DNA from: Vitrella brassicaformis CCMP3155
Taxonomy: Eukaryota; Protista; Chromerida
DNA length: 64,000 nucleotides
NCBI GenBank assembly: GCA_001179505.1
Contig: CDMY01000405.1
Location: 248,001 to 312,000 of the forward strand
Reading direction: 5' to 3'
Shown here: positions 36,301 to 48,200 of the stretch, piece by piece
Numbering within the stretch: position 1 is the first letter of the stretch
How the letters are laid out: every line of letters starts with the position of its first letter
The notes under the pieces: generated by a model
Told to the model about the DNA's origin: nothing
Seen by the model: only the letters and a program-made list of their open reading frames with translations
Databases searched by the model: none
Position numbers and translations under genes: made by a program

Positions 36301-37602
36301 TGCGGTCAGTGAAACGCATCGATCGCTCTTCGGTGGTCAGCTCACGGCGTGACGCATTCGCCGACGCGCTTCCACTCCCCGCTGTCACACAGCCACTTGG
36401 TCTACACACACACACACACATACACACACACACACACACACATCCATCCATCCAAAGGTATGCACAGGCATCACATCGACCCNNNNNNNNNNNNNNNNNN
36501 NNNNNNNNNNNNNNNNNNNNNNNNNNNNNNNNNNNNNNNNNNNNNNNNNNNNNNNNNNNNNNNNNNNNNNNNNNNNNNNNNNNNNNNNNNNNNNNNNNNN
36601 NNNNNNNNNNNNNNNNNNNNNNNNNNNNNNNNNNNNNNNNNNNNNNNNNNNNNNNNNNNNNNNNNNNNNNNNNNNNNNNNNNNNNNNNNNNNNNNNNNNN
36701 NNNNNNNNNNNNNNNNNNNNNNNNNNNNNNNNNNNNNNNNNNNNNNNNNNNNNNNNNNNNNNNNNNNNNNNNNNNNNNNNNNCCCCCCCAAGGTGCACTC
36801 ACTCACCGTGTATTTCTCCCACATGAATGCCTGTATCTCCCCCTTGTCCATGGCCTCCCTGGCGCCGTCCAGCGACCCCACCACCTTGAGCTGCAGATCA
36901 TGGGACGGGTCCCAGCCCCTGCTCCTGGCGTCCACATACGCCATCAGGTGGGAGCCGCTGCCCATCCGACTCACGCCGTACACAAGGCCCTTCAGATCTG
37001 ACGCACTCTGCACACACACATAGATAGAGACGATGGATGGATGGACACAGTGGCGGTTGGTCACGGCACTCACCTGTATGTTGGTGTTTTTGGCGGACGT
37101 GTGTATGCCCCAGGTGAGTGGCGACCTGACGTAGGTGCCCACGATGCGATTTGAGCTGCCCTTGGCGACTGCACACACACACAACACCAGGGTAAGACAC
37201 ACACACACATCACATCACACATGATGCATTGTCTGTTGGTGGATCGTCTCAATTTGCACTATGTGTGGACTGACTGCCTGACTCACTGTCCGCGACGATG
37301 CCCTCCGACAGCAAAATGGCCACGTCGATGGTGCGCTCACTCAGCGCCTTGGTCATCGCACCCGTACCACCTGCACACACATCCACGCACACACACAGCA
37401 GAGATGAGCACTCCATCTCTGGAGTCGTCATCTGGCACATGGTCTGACCAGCGAAGTCCTGCCAGTGGAAGTCGATGTGGTTCTGCCGATAGAGGCCCCT
37501 CGAGTGCGCCACGTGGAAGGGCGCGTTGAAGTGCTCTGGCACACCACCCACGCGGATGGTCGCCACGTCACCATTCAACGTGGGGCCACCAGATGCCGCC
37601 AT
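33322..37602 (-). CDS. Fusion protein: NMT1/THI5-like (CA3427-like) periplasmic-binding-fold domain plus class I SAM-dependent methyltransferase
   Basis: N-terminus IRVGGVPEHFNAP, GTGAM, IVGTYVRSPLTWGI, GVSRMGSGSHLM, AFMWEKYT, TPWPCF. C-terminus HYHYWGNDAV, ILDAGSGLGG, VVGVEIQ, HICGD, FDGAYSFLVFLHV, LLKPGA. One exon (35314-35550) bridges both parts in frame. Confidence 0.88.
36483..36782. other. Assembly gap (300 N) inside an intron
   Basis: The flanking exons join in phase 0 (AFMWEKYT/TKWLCDSGEWKRVGECVTP), so no coding exon needs to lie in the gap. Confidence 0.95.
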
Positions 37603-37675
37603 CCCTTCAATAGGCGGCCTCGAAGGCGTCTTCTCCGCTACTCTCAAAGGAAAAGCCGTCTCTTTTTTGACCAAA

Positions 37676-37683
37676 AGCTCGCA
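37676..37683 (-). promoter_or_regulatory. TGCGAGCT element (AGCTCGCA on +)
   Basis: In the 157-bp spacer between 37602(-) and 37760(+). Confidence 0.55.
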
Positions 37684-37759
37684 GCGGCCCGAGCTTGCAA
37701 ACGTCTCTCTCTCTTGTGGACATTCCGTGAAACCGCTCTTTCTCTCTCTTGTGGCGGAA

Positions 37760-38397
37760 ATGAAAAAGGGCTTCCTCGCCCAGAAGAATGGAGCAGGCGC
37801 TCGCAAGACATCGCTCGGACTCCTGTCTGGTCCGCTGCCCGACGCGCCGCCAACACAGCCCGACGGGAAGGTCAGCAGCGCAATTCACAGCGCAGCGCAG
37901 CACAGGACAGCACAGCACAATTACACGGCTTCAGGGATGCACACACATGAGTGCATGCAGGTGGAGGATGCAGTGGAATGAAGCTGATTGATTGTCGGCT
38001 TGTTGTTCTTCAGCTGACGTGTGATCACTTCGTGGTGGAGCGGCTGGTGGGCCAGGGGAACTTCTCGGAGGTCTTTCACGTCACGCAGAAGGGCACAGGC
38101 AAGGAATACGCCATGAAGATCATCAATAAGGTACCAACAGGCGAGACGCAGGCTGACATAGCGGCCTGCGAATGGCTTCTGATTGGTTGTTTGTTTGCGG
38201 GAGGCGCGTGTGGAGCGTCTGCACAAGACGCAGGACGTGTTGATGGAGAAGCACTGCCTTCTGAAGCTCAACGAGCCGGGCCACCCCAATGTGGTGCGGC
38301 TGCATTACACCTTCAAGGACACGCAGAATGTGTACATGGTCACCGACTACTGCTCGTACAAAAGACAAAGGACACACACCGGACAGACAGCAGAATG

Positions 38398-38433
<36 letters not shown>

Positions 38434-39739
38434 GGTGGTGAGCTGTGGGAGGTCATCCGGAACAAGGGATGTTTCTCGAAGGAGGTGGCGCTGCACTACC
38501 TGTCGCAGCTCATATGTGCTGTGGAGTACCTGCATGGCAGGAACATCGTGCACCGAGACCTCAAGGTCAGTCAGTATCCTTTCAATTGCTCTTAGGCTCG
38601 TTGATGAATGGAGCCTGTGCATCATTGTCTCTGTGCAGGCTGAGAATCTGATGCTGTGCAGTGGTGGTGTGTTGAAGGTCATTGACCTCGGCACGGCCAA
38701 AGACCTCGACAGGCCTGACCTGGAGGGCAGCGGCAACAGATGCGGACAGTAAGTGTGCCTGACTGAACTGACACAAATGCAATGCACATAGTTTTCCATA
38801 TCTGTGTGTGTATTGACGGCTCGTAGGAAGGTGTTTCAGCACTATGTAGGCACGCCCAACTTCATGGCGCCAGAGACCATCCACAACAAGGCCTCCACCA
38901 AGGAGAGCGATCTATGGTCTCTCGGATGCACCATCTACCAAATACTCACCGGTAGGCACGGTGCATCCCTTCCTGCTGGCACATATTCATGCAATTGTCG
39001 TTGTGTGTGTGGGTGTTGGTCAGGCTGTCCTGCGTTCACGGGTGCGAGCGAGTACCTCATCTACTGCAAGGTGGGTGCGAGAGACAACAGCAGACACACA
39101 CTCGTCGGTGCGCGCCGCTTGGCATGCGTCCATGCATTGCGTCAGGTGCTGGCAATGGAGTTGGAGTTTCCGCCCTCGTTCGATCCCCAGGCTGAGGACC
39201 TCATACGAAAGCTGCTCGTGCACGACCCGGCGAAACGGCTCGGAGCGCAAGGAGGTAAAGACTTGTCGACACGCATGGATGCAGCCAGGGGTGCAGACGG
39301 GTCCCTGTGTTGTCATCGATCAGGTTTCTCCGAGATAAAGTCGCATCCATACTTCGCCGGCTGCAGCTTCGTCACCCCTCCACCCCGCCCTCCGCCCTTC
39401 CCGTCACTCACCCATCTCTGCCTCAGCCGCATCGCTGACCGATATTTGAGCTCACACACACAGCGCCCCCCGCCTCCAGAGGCGCCACCAGCAGCAGCAG
39501 CATCAGCGCCATCGAGGACGCTGAGCGAGTCGTGGGTCGACACTCACGTCAAGGCGGGGGGGCTGAGCGATGAGAGCGCTGCGTTGTTGCGGCGGACGGT
39601 TTATCTGGGTGAGCGGTATGCACGTGACGCTGCGCCGCGTGACGCGCCTGAGGAGACGGGGAATGAGGGCGTGAACAGCGAACCAGCGTCGGCTGATGGG
39701 ACTGAGGATGAGGATGGAGATGAAGAGAATGGGGATTGA
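37760..39739 (+). CDS. PDK1-like AGC Ser/Thr kinase without a PH domain
   Basis: GQGNFSEV, YAMKIINK, VLMEKHCL, HRDLKAEN, VIDLGTAK, YVGTPNFMAPE, SDLWSLGCTIYQILTG, F.GASEYLIY.K and IKSHPYF. Confidence 0.9.
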
Positions 39740-39981
39740 CTGGAGGGGTGCAATGAAGAGGGGCCGGAGAGTGAGAGGTGACTGCGTGAGGCGGGTATTG
39801 CGTGTGTATTGATTATATTGATTGTATGCGTATGTGTAGACAGACAAACGGACTCCCCGTTTGATTGCTTTAATTGTACATATGAATGATCGTTCCTGTA
39901 ACTGACTGTCAGTGAGCAATCAACGAGTCACTCACTTACTCACTGATTCGGTCACTCGTTGAGTCAGTCGATTGCCACACG

Positions 39982-41198
39982 ATGACGATGATGACGGCCT
40001 CTGTGCGTGTCGGCTGGCCTGTGACGGTGATGGTGGTTGGTCTCCTCGTGAGTCTCCAGCCTGCGTGCGGTGCCTCCCATCGGTTGGTGCCGGGTCTGGT
40101 AGAGAAGCTGCTCGCCCCTCCCGCCCAGCAGCCCAGCGCCCCACCCGCCCCGCCCGTGCCTGTTGTCGCCACTGCACCTGCCGCCGAGACCAAACTGCCA
40201 CCACAAGAAGAGGGTGAGTGAATGAGCATACCTGCTTTGTGTGATTGGTGGGTTATTCTGTGTGTGTATGTGTGTGGTTATCGATGTGTGCAGAGTATTA
40301 CGACGAGAAGGAGCGACGACTGCACGAAAAACTGGCACAGACCGCTGCTGAGGTCACACAACAGACAGACAGACAGACAGTTGATTGCTTTGCTTTGCTT
40401 CACGTCTCTGTGTGTGTATACGATGTCTTGGATCCTTCCACCACGTGTATGCAATGCAGGTGGAGGAGAAGGAGAAGCTGGTGGAGGCTTTGCGAGGCAC
40501 GGCCGAGCTGCGTGGCGAGGTGTCGCCCGCCACCGTCGCCAGGGCACAGGCCGACAGAGAGCTCACCGACCTGGCCACTGACATTCAAGACCTCCGAGCA
40601 CTCGTCGCAACAAACCCAATCACTGCCACCAAACAGTCTGACGTCGTCGTCTCACTCGTGCCAACTAAAAGCAGGCATCCATTACACACACAGACAGAGA
40701 CCGAGGAATGGCAGAGTGTGTGTTTGTGTGCTTTGTGTCAGTGAGCGAAGGGCGTGACGGTCAGTTGATTGTGCAGGCCATCCCACCAGCCGCCCTGCTG
40801 CACACAATCCCCAACGAGAGCGAACAGGCAGCAAAGGAGCTGGCCAACCCTCAAACACAAGACAAGGTAGAAACACACACACACACACACACGAAACACA
40901 CGCATCATGATGTAGCTGCTGTCTGTCTCTCTGTGTGTGATTTGCAGCCGTGTGCCGAGCTGAAGGTGTTGCAGGAGCGTCAGAGGTCGCTGCGTGCGGC
41001 CCAGACGCAGCCACCAATCGCCATGCCCGAACTACCCAAGGTCAGCCGCACGCACACGACACGTGTGGAGCCATCCTCTCTATGTGCCTGCGTGGATGGG
41101 TGCAGGTCGAGAAGAAGAAGGGCGTGCTGCACAGAATCAAGTCGTTCGGCCGGAAGGTCAAGGGGCTCTTCTCAGGCGGCCAGCCTCAGCCTGCATGA
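39982..41198 (+). CDS. Secreted coiled-coil hypothetical protein with a cationic amphipathic C-terminus
   Basis: Signal-like VTVMVVGLLVSLQPACG; six phase-compatible exons ending VEKKKGVLHRIKSFGRKVKGLFSGGQPQPA*. Confidence 0.7.
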
Positions 41199-41426
41199 GC
41201 TACTCACTGACAGCGAGGGGAATGAGTGACCGACAGACGAGTGTGATTAACGGGGCATATCTATCTCACATGAATGAACGTTACAGCTGCTTGCAAATCG
41301 TCACTGCGTAGCCGTGTCGCCACTGCAATCAATAACAGTGTGCCAGCCATAGATAATTCACAACAGAAAAATCGTCCGTCTTCCCCGACACCCGTCCATC
41401 TTGCTAGTGTCTCTCCTCGCGCTGCC

Positions 41427-43449
41427 CTAGCTATTCCCCGCCCCCTCTGCCGGCGTCTCCATCTTAATGGACGCGTCAGCCACCTGCCGGTCGATCTCTG
41501 TGAATGATGGCGCCGCCTCACCCGCACCGCCCGCATCATCTTCATCCGTCAGGTCGATTGATGTACCGTGGACCAACCCGCCCCGCTTCTCGCTGCTGGG
41601 CTGGGTGCTCTTCTGCGCCTCCTGGTACGACAGGTGGATGTGCAGGGCTGCCACGTGATCATCGAGGAGCGACAGCAAATCTACGTGACGATACACAAGA
41701 CACAGACGCCTTTGAGCGCATTAGTTTGCCGTGTGGTGCAGTGCTTACGCAAACGGGTGAGGGAGTGGGTCCCCTTGGCGCCGCTGAGCCGATCGAGCAT
41801 GGACTCGCAGATAGGGAAGCGCTGTATGATGGGCGGCGTGTCCGTAATCTGTATCTTGAGGGCGCGACGCCCCTTGACGTAGTGGTCGAGAAAGCCTTTG
41901 AGCATCGCGCGCTCTCCCGATGTCACTTGGCGGCTGGCCAGCTGATGCGACACCAGGATGCGATTGAAGGACTCGTTCTCGTCGAGCCACTGGTCGGCGA
42001 GGTCGACCTCCCTCTTACGCTCTTGACGCTCACGGCGGAGTGCTGCAGACATGCATACGATGACAGGGACAGACATGCGTTGCCTTAGCTGGTGACTGAC
42101 TGACCTTTCCTGTGCGCTTGACGTTCCGTGGGAAGCGAGTGGGCCGCACCCCTCATACCTCCACTAACACGGACATGAAACAAAAGACACCAGGTGATGG
42201 CATGGTGCTTGGACGCGCCTAACTGCGAAGTCGCCGACCTATCATCCGATCTGAGGGCATCATCCTCGTCGCGATCATCATCGCTCGGCTGCCTCTCGCG
42301 GCGGCGCTTCTGCTGCGATCGGTAGCGCTTCGAGCGTCGGCCACCGCCAGCAGCTGCAGCCGCTGCCGCACCTGCACTGGCACAGGGCAGACAACGGGTG
42401 CGGTTTATATAAACCACTTTCATTCATACCTGTGTATCCGTCCTCGTCGTCATCCCCTTGGTAGTCGTCATCCTGTCCCATCTGGTGGGCACTATCATCA
42501 CATGGCTCGGCCCGCCCCCCACCCCGATGCTGCTGCTCATGCCGCTCCCGAGCGATTTCTCCCTGCCGCTGCTCGTACGCTTCCATGCTGACGCCCTCCG
42601 GCCAGAGGAAATCGTCGTCGGGGCAAGCCGCAGCCGGCCAACCAGGACCCATGCTCGCGTAGTGAGATGGACAGATGTTCTGAACAGACAAGATGCGAGA
42701 TGCGATGTGCGTGCGGTGACTTGTGGTTGTCAATGTGTTCGCATACCACAAGCATCTGAGGAGCAATCAATCACCCACAGCGACGGGAACATGTGCCCAC
42801 ACGGATGGATGCATTCATTCATTCATTGGCGTGTTGCTTCATCACTGTGCACACCTGTCTGTGGTTGGCCCTGAGCGTCTCTGTCCAGGGGGGCTGGGGC
42901 ACATCCTCATCCTCGTAGTCCGGCAAGACGTCCACACGACTCTGCACACAAGACCGTAATAAATAATGCATGCCGTTGTGAGTTGGTGAGTGAGCGAAGC
43001 AGCATGAAGGGTCGTTCGATGTCCATCTCTACCTGCATTTCGTCATCTCTGTGCGTCTTGTACCCCTTCTCCACGTATACACCATGCAGCGTCCTGATGT
43101 ACTTGACAAGAGCCGGCACGTGGGCCCGCCACATCTCAACGCACGGGTGACCATCATATCTCGACCGGGCGAACGCATTCGTGCTTATCTGCTCGAAGAT
43201 GTCCAGAGACTGGTCTCTGGGGGTAAGACACAGACAGCATTGGTCCATGTAGCGCAGTGCAGTGAGGTGTCTGCAGTTGGTTCTTGCTCACATCTGCAGC
43301 TGTAAGTCATTCTTTCGCATGCACTCAGCGCAACGTCGGTAGTCTGAAGCATATACACCGCCAAAGAGCTCAGAAAGGGTTGGTAATTGAATTGTGGTTG
43401 TTCTCTTTGTACCGGCGTATGGCAGATATGTGACGATTTTCGAAGCCAT
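41427..43449 (-). CDS. Multi-exon hypothetical protein, probably nuclear
   Basis: Exons from MASKIVTYLPYAG... to DLLSLLDDHVAALH...AEGAGNS*; basic NLS-like RRSKRYRSQQKRRR; SIM-like IDLTDEDD. Confidence 0.7.
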
Positions 43450-43468
43450 TCTCCCGCCCGGTCCCAAC

Positions 43469-43476
43469 TGCGAGCT
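43469..43476 (+). promoter_or_regulatory. TGCGAGCT element
   Basis: In the 168-bp spacer between 43449(-) and 43618(+). Confidence 0.55.
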
Positions 43477-43617
43477 TAATGGCTCCAGCAAAGGTTTCAT
43501 ACACCCTAGGTGTGACGAAGGAGTCAGTCAGGCGTCGCAACCTCAGCCGCAAAACGTGAGAATAGAAAAGTTCGAGTCCGGTGAGCTTTGAATCGCAATT
43601 GTTGAATCGAAGCCACC

Positions 43618-44887
43618 ATGCAGTTCATTGAACGTCACTTTCGGCTGTCGGACAACCCCAAAGCCGCGCGAAACCTCATACTACTTTTAGTCATACCGCC
43701 AGTGATCATGCTCGTTCTCACCATTATGCGTAAGGCACATCGAGGCACAAGAGCGACGCGGCAGGCTAGGGCTCTTCATTTGTGTGTGTGTTGTGTTCAG
43801 AGGAGGCGGGTGTGCCAGTGGGGCAGACGTTCGGCATTCGGCCTCGTTCCGCCAAGGGCTTGTTAGGATTGATCCTCGCTCCATGGGCTCACTATTCCTT
43901 CCTGCACTACGGGAGGTCAGCAACACACAATCCCTTCGTCTCTGCCTCGTGTGCCGACCGTGTGTTGCCACGCTGTCTGACTGACTGTCTTGTGTGCAGC
44001 AACATGATGGGCTGGGCAGGTCTGGCGCCTGCGATGTTGACCTATGGCATCCTTGTGTTCCTCTATGCGACGGGCTTCATTGCGGTTGTGGGGGGATTGC
44101 TTGTGTGGGCTATCTCACTCAAGGATGCAGCCCACGCAGGGCTTTCCGGTGTCCTATTCGGGTGACCCACACACGTGCACCGCGCCCCGTGTGCCTTTCT
44201 GTGTACTGACGGCGTGCCTGTCTGTCAGATACTTGGCTTTTCTCTTGACGGCGGTCATATGGCAGCGTCCCGTGCGGATAGTGAGCATTGTGGTCATGGT
44301 GGTGACCATGGTGCTTTACGGGTCGCTTTTGCTCATGTTCGTTAACAGCAGCGGATACAACCCAGGCAAGCACAGCACAGCACACAGCACATACAGATCA
44401 GCACGCATCAATTACGAGATGCAGCAAAGCAAGGACGTTTGCGGCATGTATGTTTCCCTCGCTCCAGGGGTGTCGTGGGAGAGCCATGTCTTCGGTTTCA
44501 TATCGGGGGTCCTATTCGCATGGCTGTACTTCCGCAAATTCCGATCATTCGACCCCCAACAAGTGAGCCAGACCTGCCTGCACACAGGCCGATCCCTTGT
44601 ACTTACAGACCGCCCTCAATCAGGTTGAGCTCAAGGCTTCGCAGCAGCTGCAGCAGCCGAGCAGCCAGCAGGCGTCATACGCAGCGACAGAGGAGAAGAG
44701 GACAGTCAACCTCCAGCAGCCGACACAACCCTCTCCCGGCGTCGGCACAGGGGCAGGATACGGTGTCCTCACCGGCATGTTCCCCAACTTCAATGCCGGT
44801 GAGCGGAGCTCAACCAACCCATTCGACGACCAAGAGTCGATACCCAGGCCGGCAGGGGCGGGACAGACGGGATATGGAAGGATGTAG
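43618..44887 (+). CDS. Rhomboid intramembrane serine protease
   Basis: FGIRPR, HYSFLHYGSN, catalytic GLSG, catalytic SWESHVFGF, about 6 TM helices, polar C-terminal tail. Confidence 0.92.
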
Positions 44888-45289
44888 CCGTGATTGGCAC
44901 ATCGAGGGAGGGAGGGAGGGAGGGAGGGTCGAAAGGAGGCAGGCGTGCCGGCTGTAGCTAAGGCGAGTGGAGTGGATGTAGGTATGAGATATGGGATTGT
45001 CGCAATTCGAGGACGGCTGTGCATCGTACATTGTACAGGAGGGAGCGGAGGGGAGGGTCGTCGGCAAGTGACTCGCAGGAGCGATCAAATGAATACGTTG
45101 GAATTGCATGCTTCCTGGGGGCCGCCCCCTCGGAAGACGCAGTCTTGGACGCTCAGCAAGTTGCATTCCGAGTACTGCCCCGACACACACGAGCCGACTG
45201 ATGTAGGCAGGAGGACGAAGGAACGGCGCGCCACCACATTTTCCAATGTGTTCACACATGCATCATGATGGTGGTTGTTTGCACTGCAG

Positions 45290-48200
45290 ATGGAGCCGGA
45301 CGAGGCCTCGGCTGCCCGTCGTCAGCAGCCCCTCCTCTCCCACGAGGAGCAGCCTCCGGCTTACGAGTCCTTCCCTATCTCCCACACACCACCAGGCCCT
45401 CCTGCAGAGCCGCCCGTCCAGCCAGCGGCCGCCCCGCCCTCTGCGCCAGGGCCAGCTGAGGATATGGAAGCAGAGGGGGATGGGCCTCGCTCACGGCACA
45501 GGACGGTGAGAGTGTCTGAAGCGCCGACACACAGCACGTCATCCACGGGGAGGCAGGAGAGCAGCACGACAAGCTTGTCTTCGAGGTTTTGGCAGTCCAT
45601 ATGGTTGTCGCGGCGGCACATGACTAATGAAGGCACCACTGGGCAGCCTCCATGGTGTGTGAGAAAGCACATGGGCAGACAAACAGCTGCGGATGCCATC
45701 CATTCATATGCGCGGGAGATGGATGCGATGCGATGCATGTGTGGCATGGCAGGGGGGGCGGCGAGGATGGGGATGATCAGCATCGGCTGGAGTTGGTGGT
45801 GGGGGCACGAAGGCAGAGCACATCCATGATACGATACACCGTCAATAAGGAGTCAGCCACCGCACCGCAAGACACGACACACACCTACAGCATATACATG
45901 ATTGACTCGACACACTTCTTGTGCTGTGCCCGTTGTTGTGTGTTGTCTTTCTTGCTCGTCAGTGTGATTCCAAAGTGTGTGAGGCTCTTCGCCGAGGGCT
46001 ACGACAAGGGCGAGCGTGGTGCGGACATCGGTCGGCGCGAAATGTGGGAGCGTCACGGCAGCTCCATGCACTTCATCACACTCGAATTCCGAGACAGAGA
46101 TGTAGAGGTAGGTATACCGTGGTGTCTCTTTCTCTTTTCTCGCTTCGCCTGCATCCATTCCCATCCATGGCTTCTTGCCATGTGGTGTCTCTGTCTGCCT
46201 GTCTGTCTGCCTGTCTGTCTGCTGTCTTCGCAACTGCAAAAAAAAGCGCAAGTTCCAGGAGGATTTTGTGCGTCGCAGCAAGAAGCTCGTCGAGGCGGGA
46301 CTCTGGATATGCACCATATTTGGTGGGCGTGGCGGCCACCCACACCAGGCGGCATGGAGACACTTTGATATGCCCTGATTTTGCCAACTTAAGGTGTGGC
46401 GCTGACCATCTCGGGTCCCGTCTCTCAGCTGCTGAAAAAGAAGACTAGCGCGCTGTTCCCACACGTCATGGTGAATAATGCTCTCTGCAATCCACTTCAC
46501 GACATCACTTGACCATTCGGTGCCGTGGGGTGGGTGTGTTGTCTTGTGTTGATGGGGTCAGGTGTTTTCTATTCCCTGGACCACAGCGTGCCTGCTTCTC
46601 AGATACGTCCACAAAGGTCGATCCGTCCCACTCGCACACGCACACGCACACGCCACCACCACACAACACATGGATGGATGGATGGATGTGTCCATTCCAT
46701 TGCAGCCTTCTTCCAGCGGCATCTGCAGGGCCTGATGACCATCATGGTCCTCGGCGCCACGTGAGCACACCACACAGACATGCGATGCGATGCGTGCCTG
46801 TATGTGTATGTGTTTCAGTCGTATATGGACGTATCCATTTATGTATTGCGTTCAGGGTGACGATGGAGATGGCGAACGCATTCCCGAAAGTGCCTATTTC
46901 ACGGACGGGCAAGGAGGCCGACAACGTCATATTCTTCCTCCTCATGGCTGCCACATTCTTCAGACTCAGGTCGGGCAGTCGGAGGGATCCTGTCGGCTGT
47001 CTCGATCAAATGATTTGTCGTCCGTGTGTCTGACAGGTTTGTGTCGTTTCTGATGACCAGCATCATTGTGTGGAGCATCTATGTGGTGAGTGAGTGATCA
47101 TGACATGAGTGGATGATTAAGCAAGAGCCAGGACGGACCAGCACCGACAGTCCTTTGCGGATGCGTGTGTCGCATATGATGTGCATGTGCAGTGGGAGGA
47201 CGTCGCGATGGGGGGGCGTAGGTGGTGGCGAGTCTACTGGTGGACGGTGAGTTGAGTGGGCATATCCCCACACGCAACGCAAGCAACGCAATGCAGACAG
47301 ACATGTTGCAAGAACCTTCCCGCCCTTCTGTGTGTCGATACATATCAGTTTCATTTGTGCCGTGGAGTGTTGGTCGGAGTTATCAACTACACCCTGGAAG
47401 TGCAGGCGCGACAAGACTTCGTACTGACCAGCGTGGTGCGCTACCACATACTCTATCAAACACACACCTACCGCCCAGCACGCCATGCGTGTATGGGTAC
47501 ATGTGTTGTAGGTTGTGCGTGAGAGTGTGCGGTCTGATTCGCTGCTGGCCAACATCCTGCCCAAACATGTGATCAAGAAATTCATGACCGCCGCCACCAC
47601 AGGCGAAGAGTGAGTCGGACGGCCTGGCCGAAAAAGTTATTTTTCTTGTGTAACGAACGTGTCAGGTTGAACATGGCGGAGGCCTTCGACATGGCCACCA
47701 TCCTCTTCTCGGGTACACACCAACAGACAGACAGCCAGACAGACAGACAGGCAGGCAGGCAGAGCGCACATGCAACAAACTGTAAGCATTGATTCCTGCA
47801 TGCATGTGTCATTCAGACATCGTTGGCTTTACTGTCATGTCCTCCCGCGTGTCTCCAATCAAGTACCAGCCACCGCACACAGGGGGAAGCTAGGAACCCT
47901 TCCAATGGCTCCAATGGCATGCGTACGTGCATCAGGTTGGTGAGTTTGTTGAATCGCATCTTTGTGGTGTTCGACCGCATCGCCGCCAAGAACCACCTTG
48001 AGAAGATCAAGACCATCGGTGACGCCTACATGGTGGCGGGCGGGCTGCCGGTGCCCTCCAGGCACCACGCACACAACTGCTGCAGAATGGGCCTCCAAAT
48101 GCTGGTACGTGTAGGTGGAAGGAATCGTGCAGTCAGTCGATCACTCTCCGTTTGTGTTTGTGTGTCTGGTGTAGAGGGACGTGACCCGATTCACGAGTGA

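Noticed and set aside
36483-36782. Possible missing exon or mobile element in the N gap
   Set aside because: The flanking exons join in frame with the expected family sequence; the gap contents cannot be seen.
43555-43590. GTTCGAGTCC T-loop-like motif as a second tRNA
   Set aside because: No acceptor stem or anticodon arm can be folded around it.
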